Below, piece after piece: positions 9,732 to 18,991 of a DNA stretch of 64,000 bases. The notes beneath the pieces were generated by a model. That model saw nothing but the letters and a program-made list of their open reading frames with translations. It had not been told where the DNA came from and made no database searches. Source of the DNA: a bacterium. Its GTDB lineage: Bacteria; UBA8248. Positions within the stretch are counted from its first letter, which is position 1, and every line of letters begins with the position of its first letter. Made by a program: the position numbers and the translations under genes. Location: NCBI GenBank assembly GCA_965219955.1, contig OZ244799.1, positions 640,001-704,000 of the forward strand. The letters run 5' to 3'.

Positions 9732-11987
9732 GTGGAAATGACAGACTATAAAGTGGCAGGTATGGGCCTCACCCGGATCGATGCCCCGGACAAAGTAGCT
9801 GGAAGTGCCAAATATGCGGCTGATGTCCCATCGAGCCGCGCACTTATCGGGTTGGTCTTGGGCAGCCCGCATCCGTATGCAAAGGTATTAAGCGTGGATG
9901 TTTCTACGGCGCGTAGGATACCTGGCGTCCGTGCTGTCTTGACTCGCGATGAAGCTCCCCGCATTCGATTCGGTGCCAACATCAAGGATCAGAGTTGGTT
10001 TGCGCAGGATGGTTTCGTTCGCTATGGCGGAGAACCGGTGGCTGCCGTGGCCGCAGAAAACATCGATGCCGCCCAGACAGCCATCGAATCGATTCGTGTG
10101 GAATATGAAGTTTTAGAACCGATAGTAAGCGGCTTGGATAGCCGGGCCGGCAAAGGTCTCGCTGTTCATGAAGATTGGAGAGCGTTGGGACTTGGCCCGG
10201 ATGCGAACAAAAACATCATTGCCCGCTTTGAAAAAGAAATAGGAGATGTCGACGCTGGATACGAAGAAGCGGATCGCATTTTTGAGCATACTTTTTCCAC
10301 GCCGTTCGTACATGCCGGCTATATCGAACCTCACGCATGCACTGCCGAGGCAGGTGCCGACGGAAAAGTCACAATCTGGACGACCACGCAGGATGCGTGG
10401 GCCATTCGTGCGGATGTGGCCGAGGCACTTGGGTTTCCGGCAACACAGGTTCGAGTGATTCCGACTGAAATCGGAGGAGGTTTTGGCGCCAAGCTGAAGA
10501 GCACTTACGAGCACATCGCCGCTCTTTTGGCTTTAAGGACAGACCAGGCTGTTCGTATGGAGATGACTCGCGAGGAAGATCATATCGGAGTGAATCCGAG
10601 ACACCCTCATTTCATCACGATACGCACGGCGGTGAAGAATGACGGTACGTTTGTCGCTCGCGAACTTGATGTCACGATGGATCATGGAGCCTATGGCCGT
10701 GGCGCGCCGTTCCAGTGCAGTAGCAAGATGCTGATGGGTTCATGCTCATATCGGATTCCCAACGTCAGAATTCGCGCATGTACGGTATATACCAATGGCC
10801 CTGTTTGCGGTCCCGTGCGTGCTCCTAGCGGCCCCCAATATCACTTTGCCACCGAAGTGCAGATGGACATCATCGCGCGCGAAATGGGGGTCGACCCACT
10901 CGAAATTAGGCGAATTAACTCCCTCCGGCCCGGAGATGTGACGCTGGCCGGGAAAGAGGAGGCACCGTCCATGCGTAGCGTTCTCGACTCAACGGCCGTG
11001 GAGGGGGATTGGGGGGAGAAGATTGAGGCGAACGGAGAACTCGAGGGCGAGGGGTGGAAACTCGGCCGCGGCATAGCTTGTGGGTATTGGCCGGGACCGG
11101 GGGAGGCGTCTAGTTGTACGGTTCGCCTGAATCAGGACGGTACCGTTCAAGTGATAGCGGGAACGGTGAACCTCACGGGTATGAGTACTTCCATATGCCA
11201 ACTCGCTGCAGAAGAATTGGGCGTAAGTTTGGATGAAGTGCGTTACACGAACGGAGATACGGATTCAGTACCTGAATCATCGGCGGCATCAGGTAGTAAG
11301 GCGACGCGTGCGGTGGGGATGGCTAGCTTGAGTGCTGCGCGCGATTTGCGAGACAAGATTTTGAATGTGGCGAGTATAAAGCTCGAAGCCGCTCCGGACG
11401 ATCTGGTATTGGAAGATGGTCAAGTCAGGGTAGCTTCAGCGCCCGACCGGGCTCTTACACTTGCGCAGGTGGCCAAAGCGGCGCCTGAAATTCAGGGATT
11501 TTTAATAGGACAAGGGGAAAGCGCGAAGCCGCCGCCATGTCCAATACATACCGGACAGATAGCGGATGTGGCTGTCAATCCCGAACTCGGCGAGATCAGG
11601 GTTTTGCGCCTCACATGTGTCCAGGATGTGGGATTCGCCATCAATCCATTATCCGTTGTGGGTCAGATTGAGGGCGCCATGCTCCAGGGTCTCGGATTGG
11701 CTCTCATGGAAGAACAACCCCGGCGGCCGGATGGAAATTTGCATGGCGATACCTTCCATGAATATTTAATACCTACCAGCATGGATATGCCCGAACTGAA
11801 AGCCGTTTTGTATGACAACCCGGCCGAGGGCACACCCTATGGGATGAGGGGTGTGGGTGAACCGCCCATTGTGGCGACTGCAGCGGCGATCGTGAATGCC
11901 ATACAAGACGCAGTGGGAGTACCTGTTTTTTCACTGCCAGTCGGGCCACACCACATTCGTGAGGCTTTGGCGACGAGCAGCGTCTAA
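9732..11987 (+). CDS. Xanthine dehydrogenase/CoxL family molybdopterin-binding subunit
   Basis: KVAGSAKYAAD, IGGGFGAK, GQIEGA and RGVGEPP motifs. Confidence 0.92.
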   Translation: MEMTDYKVAGMGLTRIDAPDKVAGSAKYAADVPSSRALIGLVLGSPHPYAKVLSVDVSTARRIPGVRAVLTRDEAPRIRFGANIKDQSWFAQDGFVRYGGEPVAAVAAENIDAAQTAIESIRVEYEVLEPIVSGLDSRAGKGLAVHEDWRALGLGPDANKNIIARFEKEIGDVDAGYEEADRIFEHTFSTPFVHAGYIEPHACTAEAGADGKVTIWTTTQDAWAIRADVAEALGFPATQVRVIPTEIGGGFGAKLKSTYEHIAALLALRTDQAVRMEMTREEDHIGVNPRHPHFITIRTAVKNDGTFVARELDVTMDHGAYGRGAPFQCSSKMLMGSCSYRIPNVRIRACTVYTNGPVCGPVRAPSGPQYHFATEVQMDIIAREMGVDPLEIRRINSLRPGDVTLAGKEEAPSMRSVLDSTAVEGDWGEKIEANGELEGEGWKLGRGIACGYWPGPGEASSCTVRLNQDGTVQVIAGTVNLTGMSTSICQLAAEELGVSLDEVRYTNGDTDSVPESSAASGSKATRAVGMASLSAARDLRDKILNVASIKLEAAPDDLVLEDGQVRVASAPDRALTLAQVAKAAPEIQGFLIGQGESAKPPPCPIHTGQIADVAVNPELGEIRVLRLTCVQDVGFAINPLSVVGQIEGAMLQGLGLALMEEQPRRPDGNLHGDTFHEYLIPTSMDMPELKAVLYDNPAEGTPYGMRGVGEPPIVATAAAIVNAIQDAVGVPVFSLPVGPHHIREALATSSV

Positions 11988-12019
11988 ATCACGTATCCGA
12001 TATTTTTAAGGAGAATCCA

Positions 12020-12685
12020 ATGTCTGTGGACGACAAAACCAGTTTGCCGGATAGTCTTGGCGTGACCGATGAGATGATGGCATGTCCTTTGCCAAGGTTG
12101 CCTTTCGTCGATCCTGACGATATTCCTGACGAGCTTAAGGAGGAACTCACCCCGCTCTATGACTGGTCGAAGCGGATGTGGGGCACCGTCCCGCGTTTTT
12201 TGCAGCTTTTGGGAAATTCACCTCCCACGGTGGAAGGATGGATGTTGCTCGACCAGAAGCTCCGCACGAATCGATTGAAGACGGAGTCCGATTATATCCG
12301 TCTCATGGAGCTGGTTATCGTCAAAACGGCTATATTGACCGAGTGCAACAACTGAATCGGGCACAATGTGGAGCTCGGTCGGGCTCTGGGTCTTAGCCAG
12401 GATCAGATCAATCTACTTGAAGGCGATGATTGGAAAGACAGCGATTTGTTCGACGATAAGGAAAAAGCCGTTATCCGTTGGGCGGATGAAGTGTCGAAGT
12501 TCAGGGCGAAGAAAAACGACTTCGCATTCAGTGAAATGAAGAAGTATTTCTCCGATCGGCAGATCGTGGAACTCACTTTTATCTGTGGCATGTGGCATCT
12601 TTCCGGGAGGCTGGCCGAAGCGCTTCACTTGGTGGTGGAACCGCCGGGAGGACGCATCGAATTTCAAGCGGAAGACATGGCCTAG
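12020..12685 (+). CDS. AhpD/carboxymuconolactone-decarboxylase-like selenoprotein (CxxU; Sec at TGA 12353-12355)
   Basis: ORFs 12020-12355 and 12368-12685 are in one frame, joined as ECNN-TGA-IGHNVELG; both halves look like one CMD/AhpD domain; hairpin follows the TGA. Confidence 0.85.
12369..12388 (+). promoter_or_regulatory. Putative bacterial SECIS hairpin
   Basis: GAGCTC-GGTC-GGGCTC stem-loop; loop G is 22 nt after the UGA. Confidence 0.65.
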
Positions 12686-12921
12686 ACACAGGCCTGTTAC
12701 CTGAAACATTAATCGGGCGCGGACGAGCTTTCTGGCGTTTTGTGCAGGCTCGGTGTTCGCGCGCGCATACAAATAATATCCCAGATATGGTCATCTGAAA
12801 CGCATCTTTCCGGCCTCCTTGAAAAGTTAGCTTCGCGGGTACTCCCGGTAAAAATGTGAGAATTTGCTTTGAATAGCATATTTTATTGTTTGAAAAATAA
12901 GGACTTAGATATAAAAAAAAG

Positions 12922-12949
12922 TTGCTTTTTTTAACAATTTCTGTATACT
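12922..12949 (+). promoter_or_regulatory. Sigma70-like promoter for the small ORF at 13024
   Basis: TTGCTT-N16-TATACT preceded by an A/T-rich tract. Confidence 0.6.
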
Positions 12950-13023
12950 TTCCCGCTTTGTGGTGTCGCCTGTGGCAAAGCCCGGGCAAATTCGTATCAG
13001 GCCGCCCGTAGGATGAGGATGAA

Positions 13024-13191
13024 ATGATCGAGTTAAGAGATAGTGATGTCGTTTTGGATCACGAGTTTTTTGCAGAATCCGGAGATGTGCTGCCAAGCGA
13101 TGTGGACTATGATGTGTCTGACAAAGGTGTAGCTGATGATTTCTATATTTTGAGTGACGGCGAAGGGGGGAATGCTCCTGCTGAACAATAG
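13024..13191 (+). CDS. Small acidic protein, 55 aa (not in the ORF track)
   Basis: MIELRDSDVVLDHEFFAESGDVLPSDVDYDVSDKGVADDFYILSDGEGGNAPAEQ; GAGG RBS, upstream promoter, downstream terminator. Confidence 0.6.
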   Translation: MIELRDSDVVLDHEFFAESGDVLPSDVDYDVSDKGVADDFYILSDGEGGNAPAEQ

Positions 13192-13213
13192 TGTTCCTTC
13201 CAAGAAAGAAATC

Positions 13214-13249
13214 AACGCCCGGTTGAAGTATCGGCCGGGCGTTTCTTTT
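13214..13249 (+). terminator. Intrinsic terminator
   Basis: AACGCCCGGTTGA-AGTA-TCGGCCGGGCGTT followed by TCTTTT. Confidence 0.8.
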
Positions 13250-13303
13250 GTCCTGAAATTTTTGCAGGATATGTGTTTTGCTTCATGAATCGGGAAAGAA
13301 AAT

Positions 13304-14152
13304 GTGATGGCTACGGACGAACAGACGATTCACCATGAAGACGTGCGGGGGCGTATCCTCTCAGCGGATTCGATGACATATTTTGACGAAAGGGCAGGGA
13401 AGAGGGACGTTCTCATTGCAGGTTCTTACGCTGCGCGAATGACGATTGCCTGGGCAATGCGGCTGGGTGCGAGAGCAATTGTTGCCCATGCGGCGGGGGT
13501 AGGGATGGATGATGCCGGGATCAGCGGTCTCCGCTTGGCTCAGGATTATCATGTGCCTGCATTGGCCTGTGAGACCATGTCCGCGAGGCTCGCTGTTGGA
13601 GAATCCGTGTATGAAGGCGAAGTCGGTCATGCGAATCAAGCGGCTAAAAACCTTGGTGTTGAAATCGGTCAGTCCATAGCTGATGCTTCGGATTGTTTGC
13701 TCGATGCCGAAATGGGCCGGAAAGTAATTGTCGAGGAAAGTCTTGACGATAGGATTTATGAGCTGGAGCTTTTGCCTCATGGTAATATACGCGCTTCATG
13801 GGGTATTCCCGTCCTGCGTTCCATCAAAGAACCAAGACCGGATGACGTCTTTATCCAGGCTTCACATTGCGGACTTACCCTCATCCCGCATGTTGTGAAG
13901 CTCAATCTAAAGGGTGTTGTTGCGAATGATGCGGGGCGGGGAAAAGATGATTCCGGTATCGCATCTTTTCCTTATCTGGCGCGAGAAGGTATCGCGGCGG
14001 CTGCGGTCGGCGCCATGAGCGCGCGCATTGGTGATGTGATGAGCACATGGGAAGACGGCGTGATTTCATGCATGAATGAAGTGGCGGAAAAGCGCGGAGT
14101 ACGAGAAGGCATGAGAACGCGAGAGGCGGCTCAAGCCATGCTCAATCCTTAG
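13304..14152 (+). CDS. Conserved hypothetical protein with two tandem homologous domains
   Basis: Repeated xAGxGxDDxGI...SAR...N..A...GV..G motif in both halves. Confidence 0.75.
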   Translation: MMATDEQTIHHEDVRGRILSADSMTYFDERAGKRDVLIAGSYAARMTIAWAMRLGARAIVAHAAGVGMDDAGISGLRLAQDYHVPALACETMSARLAVGESVYEGEVGHANQAAKNLGVEIGQSIADASDCLLDAEMGRKVIVEESLDDRIYELELLPHGNIRASWGIPVLRSIKEPRPDDVFIQASHCGLTLIPHVVKLNLKGVVANDAGRGKDDSGIASFPYLAREGIAAAAVGAMSARIGDVMSTWEDGVISCMNEVAEKRGVREGMRTREAAQAMLNP

Positions 14153-14174
14153 GGTTTAACTCAAGCAACTGCTC

Positions 14175-14250
14175 TGGTGGAGGTGAGGGGATTCGAACCC
14201 CTGACCTCGTGGGTGCGATCCACGCGCTCTCCCATCTGAGCTACACCCCC
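14175..14250 (-). tRNA. tRNA-Ala(CGC)
   Basis: GGGGGTGTAGCTCAG...CGTGG-ATCGCAC-CCACG...GGTTCGAATCC...CACCTCCACCA; G3:U70 pair; encoded CCA. Confidence 0.96.
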
Positions 14251-14264
14251 ACAAAAGGAATATG

Positions 14265-14293
14265 AAGGTAGGCGAAGGAGCCCTGGGTGTCAA
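14265..14293 (-). promoter_or_regulatory. Sigma70 promoter of tRNA-Ala
   Basis: TTGACA-N17-TACCTT on the minus strand, 14 nt before the tRNA. Confidence 0.75.
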
Positions 14294-14303
14294 GTGAAAA
14301 AGG

Positions 14304-14586
14304 GAGAGCCGATGAAGAACTCCCCCTAGGAGACTTCACCGGCTCTCGACCTGCCGCAGAGTCCGCCCGTTTCCCCCGCAGCAGGGAATTCCGCTCGATT
14401 TGAAGTGGGAGCCGAAGACTCAACCCCCGAGGTGTATTATCCCCGGCTCCCGATCCTGCTGCAGAGTCCGCCCGTTTCCCCCGCAGCAAGAGAATTCACT
14501 TTGGTGAGAGTCGGGGAAAAACCCTCCGAGGATTCTCCCCCGACTCTCGTCCCGTCGCAGAGTCCGCCCGTTGCCCCCCCGACGGG
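14304..14586 (-). ncRNA. Three tandem two-hairpin structured units (about 100-nt period), unknown family
   Basis: Units 14304-14385, 14407-14490 and 14506-14586; invariant AACGGGCGGACTCTGC core; compensatory stem changes; G-U pairs on the minus strand. Confidence 0.65.
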
Positions 14587-14600
14587 TAACAACTGATTTT

Positions 14601-17600
14601 TTAAGAACATCCACTCGTCGCACCGCAAGTCATGCATTTCAGGCAGGTACCGTTTCTTACCAGGGTGAATAAACCGCAATCGCCACATGCCTCACCCTCA
14701 TATCCTTTGGCGCGGGCTTCTTCGATACGCGAATCGAGGGCGGAGCCTGCTTCTGCGATAGGCGTCAACGAAGCGAAGGTGGATTCTTTCTCATAATTCA
14801 GACTTATCCGGTCACTACGCGGTGCGCTTGCATCTGGTCCCGGGAATATGGTTTGAATCTCCTCTTCTTCCTCGGTGTCGAATTCGGGGATCTCTTCCTG
14901 AGGGCGCCCAATGGTATCGCTCCTCAGGTCCTCCGACACCACTTGCGCAAGGTCGTGGCGTCCGAGATATGAGACTGCCAACTCACGGAAGATGTAATCG
15001 ATGATGGATGTGCTCATCTTGATGTGCGGGTTGCCTGAAACCATGCCCCCGGGCTCGAAGCGCGTGAAAACAAATGCATCCACAAATTCATCCAGAGGGA
15101 CGCCATGTTGTAACCCCAGGGAAATGGCGATGGCGAAACAGTTCATAAGGCTTCTGAAGGCAGCGCCTTCTTTGTGCATATCTATGAAAATTTCACCAAT
15201 CGAACCATCCTCGTATTCCCCGGTTCTAAGATACACTTTGTGCCCGCCGATGACGGCTTTTTGGGTGTATCCACCGCGGCGGGTAGGCAACTTGCGTCTT
15301 CTGGATTGGTAAATAATCCGGCGCACAATCTGCTGGGCTACGTGCACGGGTGCGCTTTGGGTAGCTGGTTCTTCTTCACTGATGTCAGCGAAGATTTCCG
15401 CTTCGCTTAGCGCGGAAAGTGGCTGGCTTAGTTTCGAACCATCACGGTAAATCGCAATGGCTTTGGTCATCCGCTGCCACGATTCGCGGTAGATATCCAA
15501 GATGTCTTGAATTGTGGATTCTGATGGCATGTTGATGGTTTTGCTGATAGCGCCTGATATAAAAGGCTGCGCCGCCGCCATCATCCGAACATGGGCCATT
15601 GGGCTGATGAAGCGCTTGCCTTCGCGTCCGCATTTACTGGCGCAATCAAAAACAGCTAGATGTTCTTCTTTTAGGTGGGGCGCGCCTTCCAGCGTCATTT
15701 TACCGCAAACGAAATCATTCGCTTCGCTGATTTGCTCCGGGGTGAAACCAATGGCTTCGAGCAGATTCAGGTTCCAGTCGGCAATTTGCGCTTCATTGAA
15801 CTCTAATTGTTCACGGCAGAAGTCTTCTCCAAGGGAGTATTTGTTGAAGGCGAACTGGATTTCAAATGCCCCCTCAAGCGCGGCTTCCACCTTTTCGAGG
15901 GCCTTGCTGGTGAACCCTTTTGCGTGTAGAGATTCTGGATTGATGTGAGGCGCATTCGTGAGGGTGCCCCGCCCCCGGCAGTAGGCGACGATTTCGCGGA
16001 TTTCTTCGTCATCATAACCCAGATGCCGCAAGGCAAGAGGAACGGACTGGTTGATGATCTTGAAGTAACCGCCCCCCGCCAGTTTTTTGAATTTCACCAA
16101 AGCAAAATCAGGCTCGATTCCGGTTGTGTCGCAATCCATTACCAAGCCAATAGTGCCCGTCGGTGCGATGACAGTAGCTTGCGCATTCCGGTAGCCGTTT
16201 CGATAGCCGATGGCCAAAGCGTCATCCCACGCCTCTCGCGCCGCCTGGAGAAGATAATGGGGACAGGTTTCCGCATCGATTCCTTTTGGCGCTTTAGAGA
16301 GCATTTCGTATTCGGCTTCAGGCACTGAATAAGCTGCGCGGCGGTGGTTTCGCAGAACGCGCAACATGTGCTCTTGATTGCCTTGATACCTGACGAAAGC
16401 GCCCAGCTCTCCGGCCATCTCGGCGCTTGTGGCGTACGAGCAGCCTGTCATGATGGAGGTGAGGGCCCCGCACCACGCTTCCGCTTCCGGTGAATCGTAA
16501 GGGATGCCGAGAACCATCAACAAGGTGCCCAGATTGGCGTATCCAAGCCCCAAGGTACGATACTCGAATGAGCGTTTGGCTATTTCGGGACTGGGGAATT
16601 GCGCCATCAGCACTGAAATTTCGAGGACGACTGTCAATAGACGGATAACGTGGCGATAGTCTTCTATCTGGAAATGGTTCTTTTCAGTATCCAAGAATTT
16701 CATGAGATTCATCGACGCCAGATTGCATGCGGTGTCATCCAGGAACATGTATTCCGAGCAGGGATTAGAGCCGTTGATGCGCCCATCGGTGGCGCACGTG
16801 TGCCAGTCGTTGATGGTCGAATCGAATTGAAGGCCGGGATCTGCGCAACACCACGCCGCGTATCCAATCTGCTCCCAAAGCTCTTTCGAGTTGAGGGAAC
16901 CGGCGATTTCACCATCGGTGCGCCGAATCAGGTTCCAATCCGTATTTTTCTCGCTGGCTTTCATGAATTCGTCTGAAACACGTATGGAATTATTCGAGTT
17001 TTGCCCGGACACCGAGGTGTAGGCCTCGCCTTCCCAATTCGTGTCGAATTCCTCGAACTCGATTTCGGTGATTCCTTGCCGCGCGAGTTGAAGGGTTCGA
17101 TGAATATAATTGTCCGGAACACCGGCTAGCCTTGCGGCGCGTATCGCTTTGGCGAGTGATGGGTTCTTATCCGGCTGATGGAGGTTGCCGTTCAACCCCG
17201 GGTTTTCCCCCTCCTGGCAAGCCACGAGAATAGCGTTCATATGCCGGTTGCACATCTTGCTGCCCGAAACCAGGGCAGCCACTTTCTGTTCCTCGTTCAC
17301 CTTCCAGTTGATGAATTCCTCGATGTCGGGATGATCGATGTCTAGCGTGACCATCTTCGCTGCCCGGCGTGTCGTGCCGCCCGACTTGATGGCGCCCGCG
17401 GCGCGGTCCCCAATCTTGAGGAAACTCATGAGGCCGGAGCTTTTTCCGCCTCCCGAGAGGGATTCCCCCTCCGCTCTCAAGCTCGAGAAATTCGTGCCGG
17501 TGCCCGAGCCGTATTTGAAGATGCGCGCCTCGCGCGTCCATAAATCCATGATCCCGCCCTCGTTGACGAGATCGTCTTTCACCGATTGGATGAAGCACGC

Positions 17601-18191
17601 ATGCGGCTGGGGACGTTCATAGGCGTTGGTGGAGCGGAGTATTTCCCCGGTTTCGGGGTCGCAGTAGAAATGGCCCTGGGCGGGGCGCGTAATGCCGTAA
17701 GCCCAGTGGAGGCCCGTATTGAACCACTGAGGCGAGTTGGGAGCCGCCATCTGGCTCGCAAGTATGTATAAAAGTTCCTCGTAAAACGCCTTGGCGTCCT
17801 CTTCGGTGTGAAAATAACCGTGTTTCCAGCCCCAATACGTCCAGCATCCCGCCAGGCGGTGGAAAACGTCCCGTGCGTCTTGCTCGCTTCCGTATTGCTC
17901 ATCCTCGGGCAGGGATTCGAGTTTTTCCGTGTCAGGTTCCGAGCGCTGCAGCCACTCGGGCACGCCGTCTTCGGGAACCTTTTTCAAATGGGCGGGGACG
18001 CCGGCTTTCCGGAAGTATTTTTGCGCCAGGATGTCGACGGCCACCTGAGACCAGCTCTCGGGCGCCAGGATGTCCTTCGCTTCGAAGACGAGCGAGCCGT
18101 CCGGGTTCGTGATGCGCGAGGTGCGCGGCGCGAAACCGACCTCGCCGTACGCATCGTCTCCAGCCCGGGTAAAACGCCTCGTCAACTCCAC
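14601..18191 (-). CDS. nrdJ: Vitamin B12-dependent (class II) ribonucleotide reductase
   Basis: [28 protein letters not shown] and IAPTGTI motifs; C-terminal Cys cluster; GGAGGAGG RBS before GTG 18191. Confidence 0.96.
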   Translation of the reverse strand: MELTRRFTRAGDDAYGEVGFAPRTSRITNPDGSLVFEAKDILAPESWSQVAVDILAQKYFRKAGVPAHLKKVPEDGVPEWLQRSEPDTEKLESLPEDEQYGSEQDARDVFHRLAGCWTYWGWKHGYFHTEEDAKAFYEELLYILASQMAAPNSPQWFNTGLHWAYGITRPAQGHFYCDPETGEILRSTNAYERPQPHACFIQSVKDDLVNEGGIMDLWTREARIFKYGSGTGTNFSSLRAEGESLSGGGKSSGLMSFLKIGDRAAGAIKSGGTTRRAAKMVTLDIDHPDIEEFINWKVNEEQKVAALVSGSKMCNRHMNAILVACQEGENPGLNGNLHQPDKNPSLAKAIRAARLAGVPDNYIHRTLQLARQGITEIEFEEFDTNWEGEAYTSVSGQNSNNSIRVSDEFMKASEKNTDWNLIRRTDGEIAGSLNSKELWEQIGYAAWCCADPGLQFDSTINDWHTCATDGRINGSNPCSEYMFLDDTACNLASMNLMKFLDTEKNHFQIEDYRHVIRLLTVVLEISVLMAQFPSPEIAKRSFEYRTLGLGYANLGTLLMVLGIPYDSPEAEAWCGALTSIMTGCSYATSAEMAGELGAFVRYQGNQEHMLRVLRNHRRAAYSVPEAEYEMLSKAPKGIDAETCPHYLLQAAREAWDDALAIGYRNGYRNAQATVIAPTGTIGLVMDCDTTGIEPDFALVKFKKLAGGGYFKIINQSVPLALRHLGYDDEEIREIVAYCRGRGTLTNAPHINPESLHAKGFTSKALEKVEAALEGAFEIQFAFNKYSLGEDFCREQLEFNEAQIADWNLNLLEAIGFTPEQISEANDFVCGKMTLEGAPHLKEEHLAVFDCASKCGREGKRFISPMAHVRMMAAAQPFISGAISKTINMPSESTIQDILDIYRESWQRMTKAIAIYRDGSKLSQPLSALSEAEIFADISEEEPATQSAPVHVAQQIVRRIIYQSRRRKLPTRRGGYTQKAVIGGHKVYLRTGEYEDGSIGEIFIDMHKEGAAFRSLMNCFAIAISLGLQHGVPLDEFVDAFVFTRFEPGGMVSGNPHIKMSTSIIDYIFRELAVSYLGRHDLAQVVSEDLRSDTIGRPQEEIPEFDTEEEEEIQTIFPGPDASAPRSDRISLNYEKESTFASLTPIAEAGSALDSRIEEARAKGYEGEACGDCGLFTLVRNGTCLKCMTCGATSGCS

Positions 18192-18227
18192 TTTCAGCCT
18201 CCTCCGCAAGGGCGCCCCGCTGTGCCG

Positions 18228-18361
18228 GGGACATATTTAGTATGGCGCAATCAAACCGTAACACTAAATGTAGTATGCTTTGCCCTCGTCTGTCAATACC
18301 CTAAAAACAGATATACACAAAATATATGAACTTACCCACACCTTATCCCCAAATGTTGTGC
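18228..18361 (-). promoter_or_regulatory. NrdR boxes overlapping the nrdJ promoter
   Basis: ACACTAAATGTAGTAT (18261-76) and TCCCCAAATGTTGTGC (18346-61); weaker copies at 18228 and 18315; TTGACA on the minus strand at 18291-96. Confidence 0.75.
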
Positions 18362-18423
18362 TTTCCTGTGGATAACCGGCGCAAGCAGGGAACGGAGGGC
18401 TGAAACCCGCCCGGTTATCCACC
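18311..18423. promoter_or_regulatory. DnaA-box cluster
   Basis: Perfect TGTGGATAA at 18367-75; one-mismatch boxes at 18311, 18332, 18343 and 18415. Confidence 0.65.
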
Positions 18424-18579
18424 GCCGCCTCGTTTCCAGAAGCGGCGGCGCGCCCTTCATGGACGCTCCGGAGCGCCTGAATCCGGAGAGCGCGGCCGCT
18501 GTCCGGCGCGCCGGTATCGCGTAAGAACGCCCGCAAAAACGTCTCGGATGCGCCCGGAAAAGCATCGTTAATTTATCGG

Positions 18580-18613
18580 AAAACCCCGTGAATTTATCTT
18601 ATTTTATCGAATT
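18580..18613 (-). repeat. 34-bp repeat, inverted copy of 1037-1070
   Basis: AAAACCCCGTGAATTTATCTTATTTTATCGAATT. Confidence 0.9.
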
Positions 18614-18991
18614 TTCCGGAATTGTTCAGGAAAGATTGGCCTCGATTTCGCCGCCCGGCGCCCGCCTCGATGACTCCGCTCTCCCGCATGGTCTGGTCCC
18701 TCGATAAGAGATTCTTCAAACGGGCCGTCCTCCAGGCGGCGACCCGCGGTTTCAAGATCGAAGACCGCGCGTCGAGCAGGGGGAGGATACACCCTCCCGG
18801 AACGCGCTCCTGCGGGGAAATGCGTGCTTCAGCCCCGACTGACGGGAGGGAGGGTTCACGCTTTTCCGCAGAAAGTGGGCTTGGGACAGGTCAACTCGAC
18901 CAGGCGGTGAGTCTTGACGGAACGTATATGCAATTGCTATACAAATCAGAGCGGAGATGAACTCATGCTCAAGAGCCGGGGAGAATGACGA

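Noticed and set aside
12761-12788. dif-like site (GCGCGCATA...)
   Set aside because: The XerD arm TTATGTTAAAT is not matched
12413-12820. Minus-strand AAGGAGG-ATG-CGT-TTC-AGA-TGA as a third selenoprotein
   Set aside because: No redox motif and no +22 hairpin; read-through would run antisense over the AhpD-like gene
12960-13010. c-di-GMP-I riboswitch (GGCAAAGCC, GGGCAAA)
   Set aside because: Motif order is wrong and the GNRA-capped P2 is missing
14175-14200. tRNA-Ala as att site of an integrated island
   Set aside because: No duplicated tRNA 3' end or integrase seen in the window
14304-14586. CRISPR array or simple terminators
   Set aside because: The inter-repeat parts are themselves homologous hairpins; no cas genes and no U-tracts
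14601-18191. Intein in NrdJ
   Set aside because: Length and motifs are continuous; no splice-junction or LAGLIDADG motifs seen
18311-18630. oriC
   Set aside because: No dnaA/dnaN context; the boxes are adequately explained by nrdJ regulation
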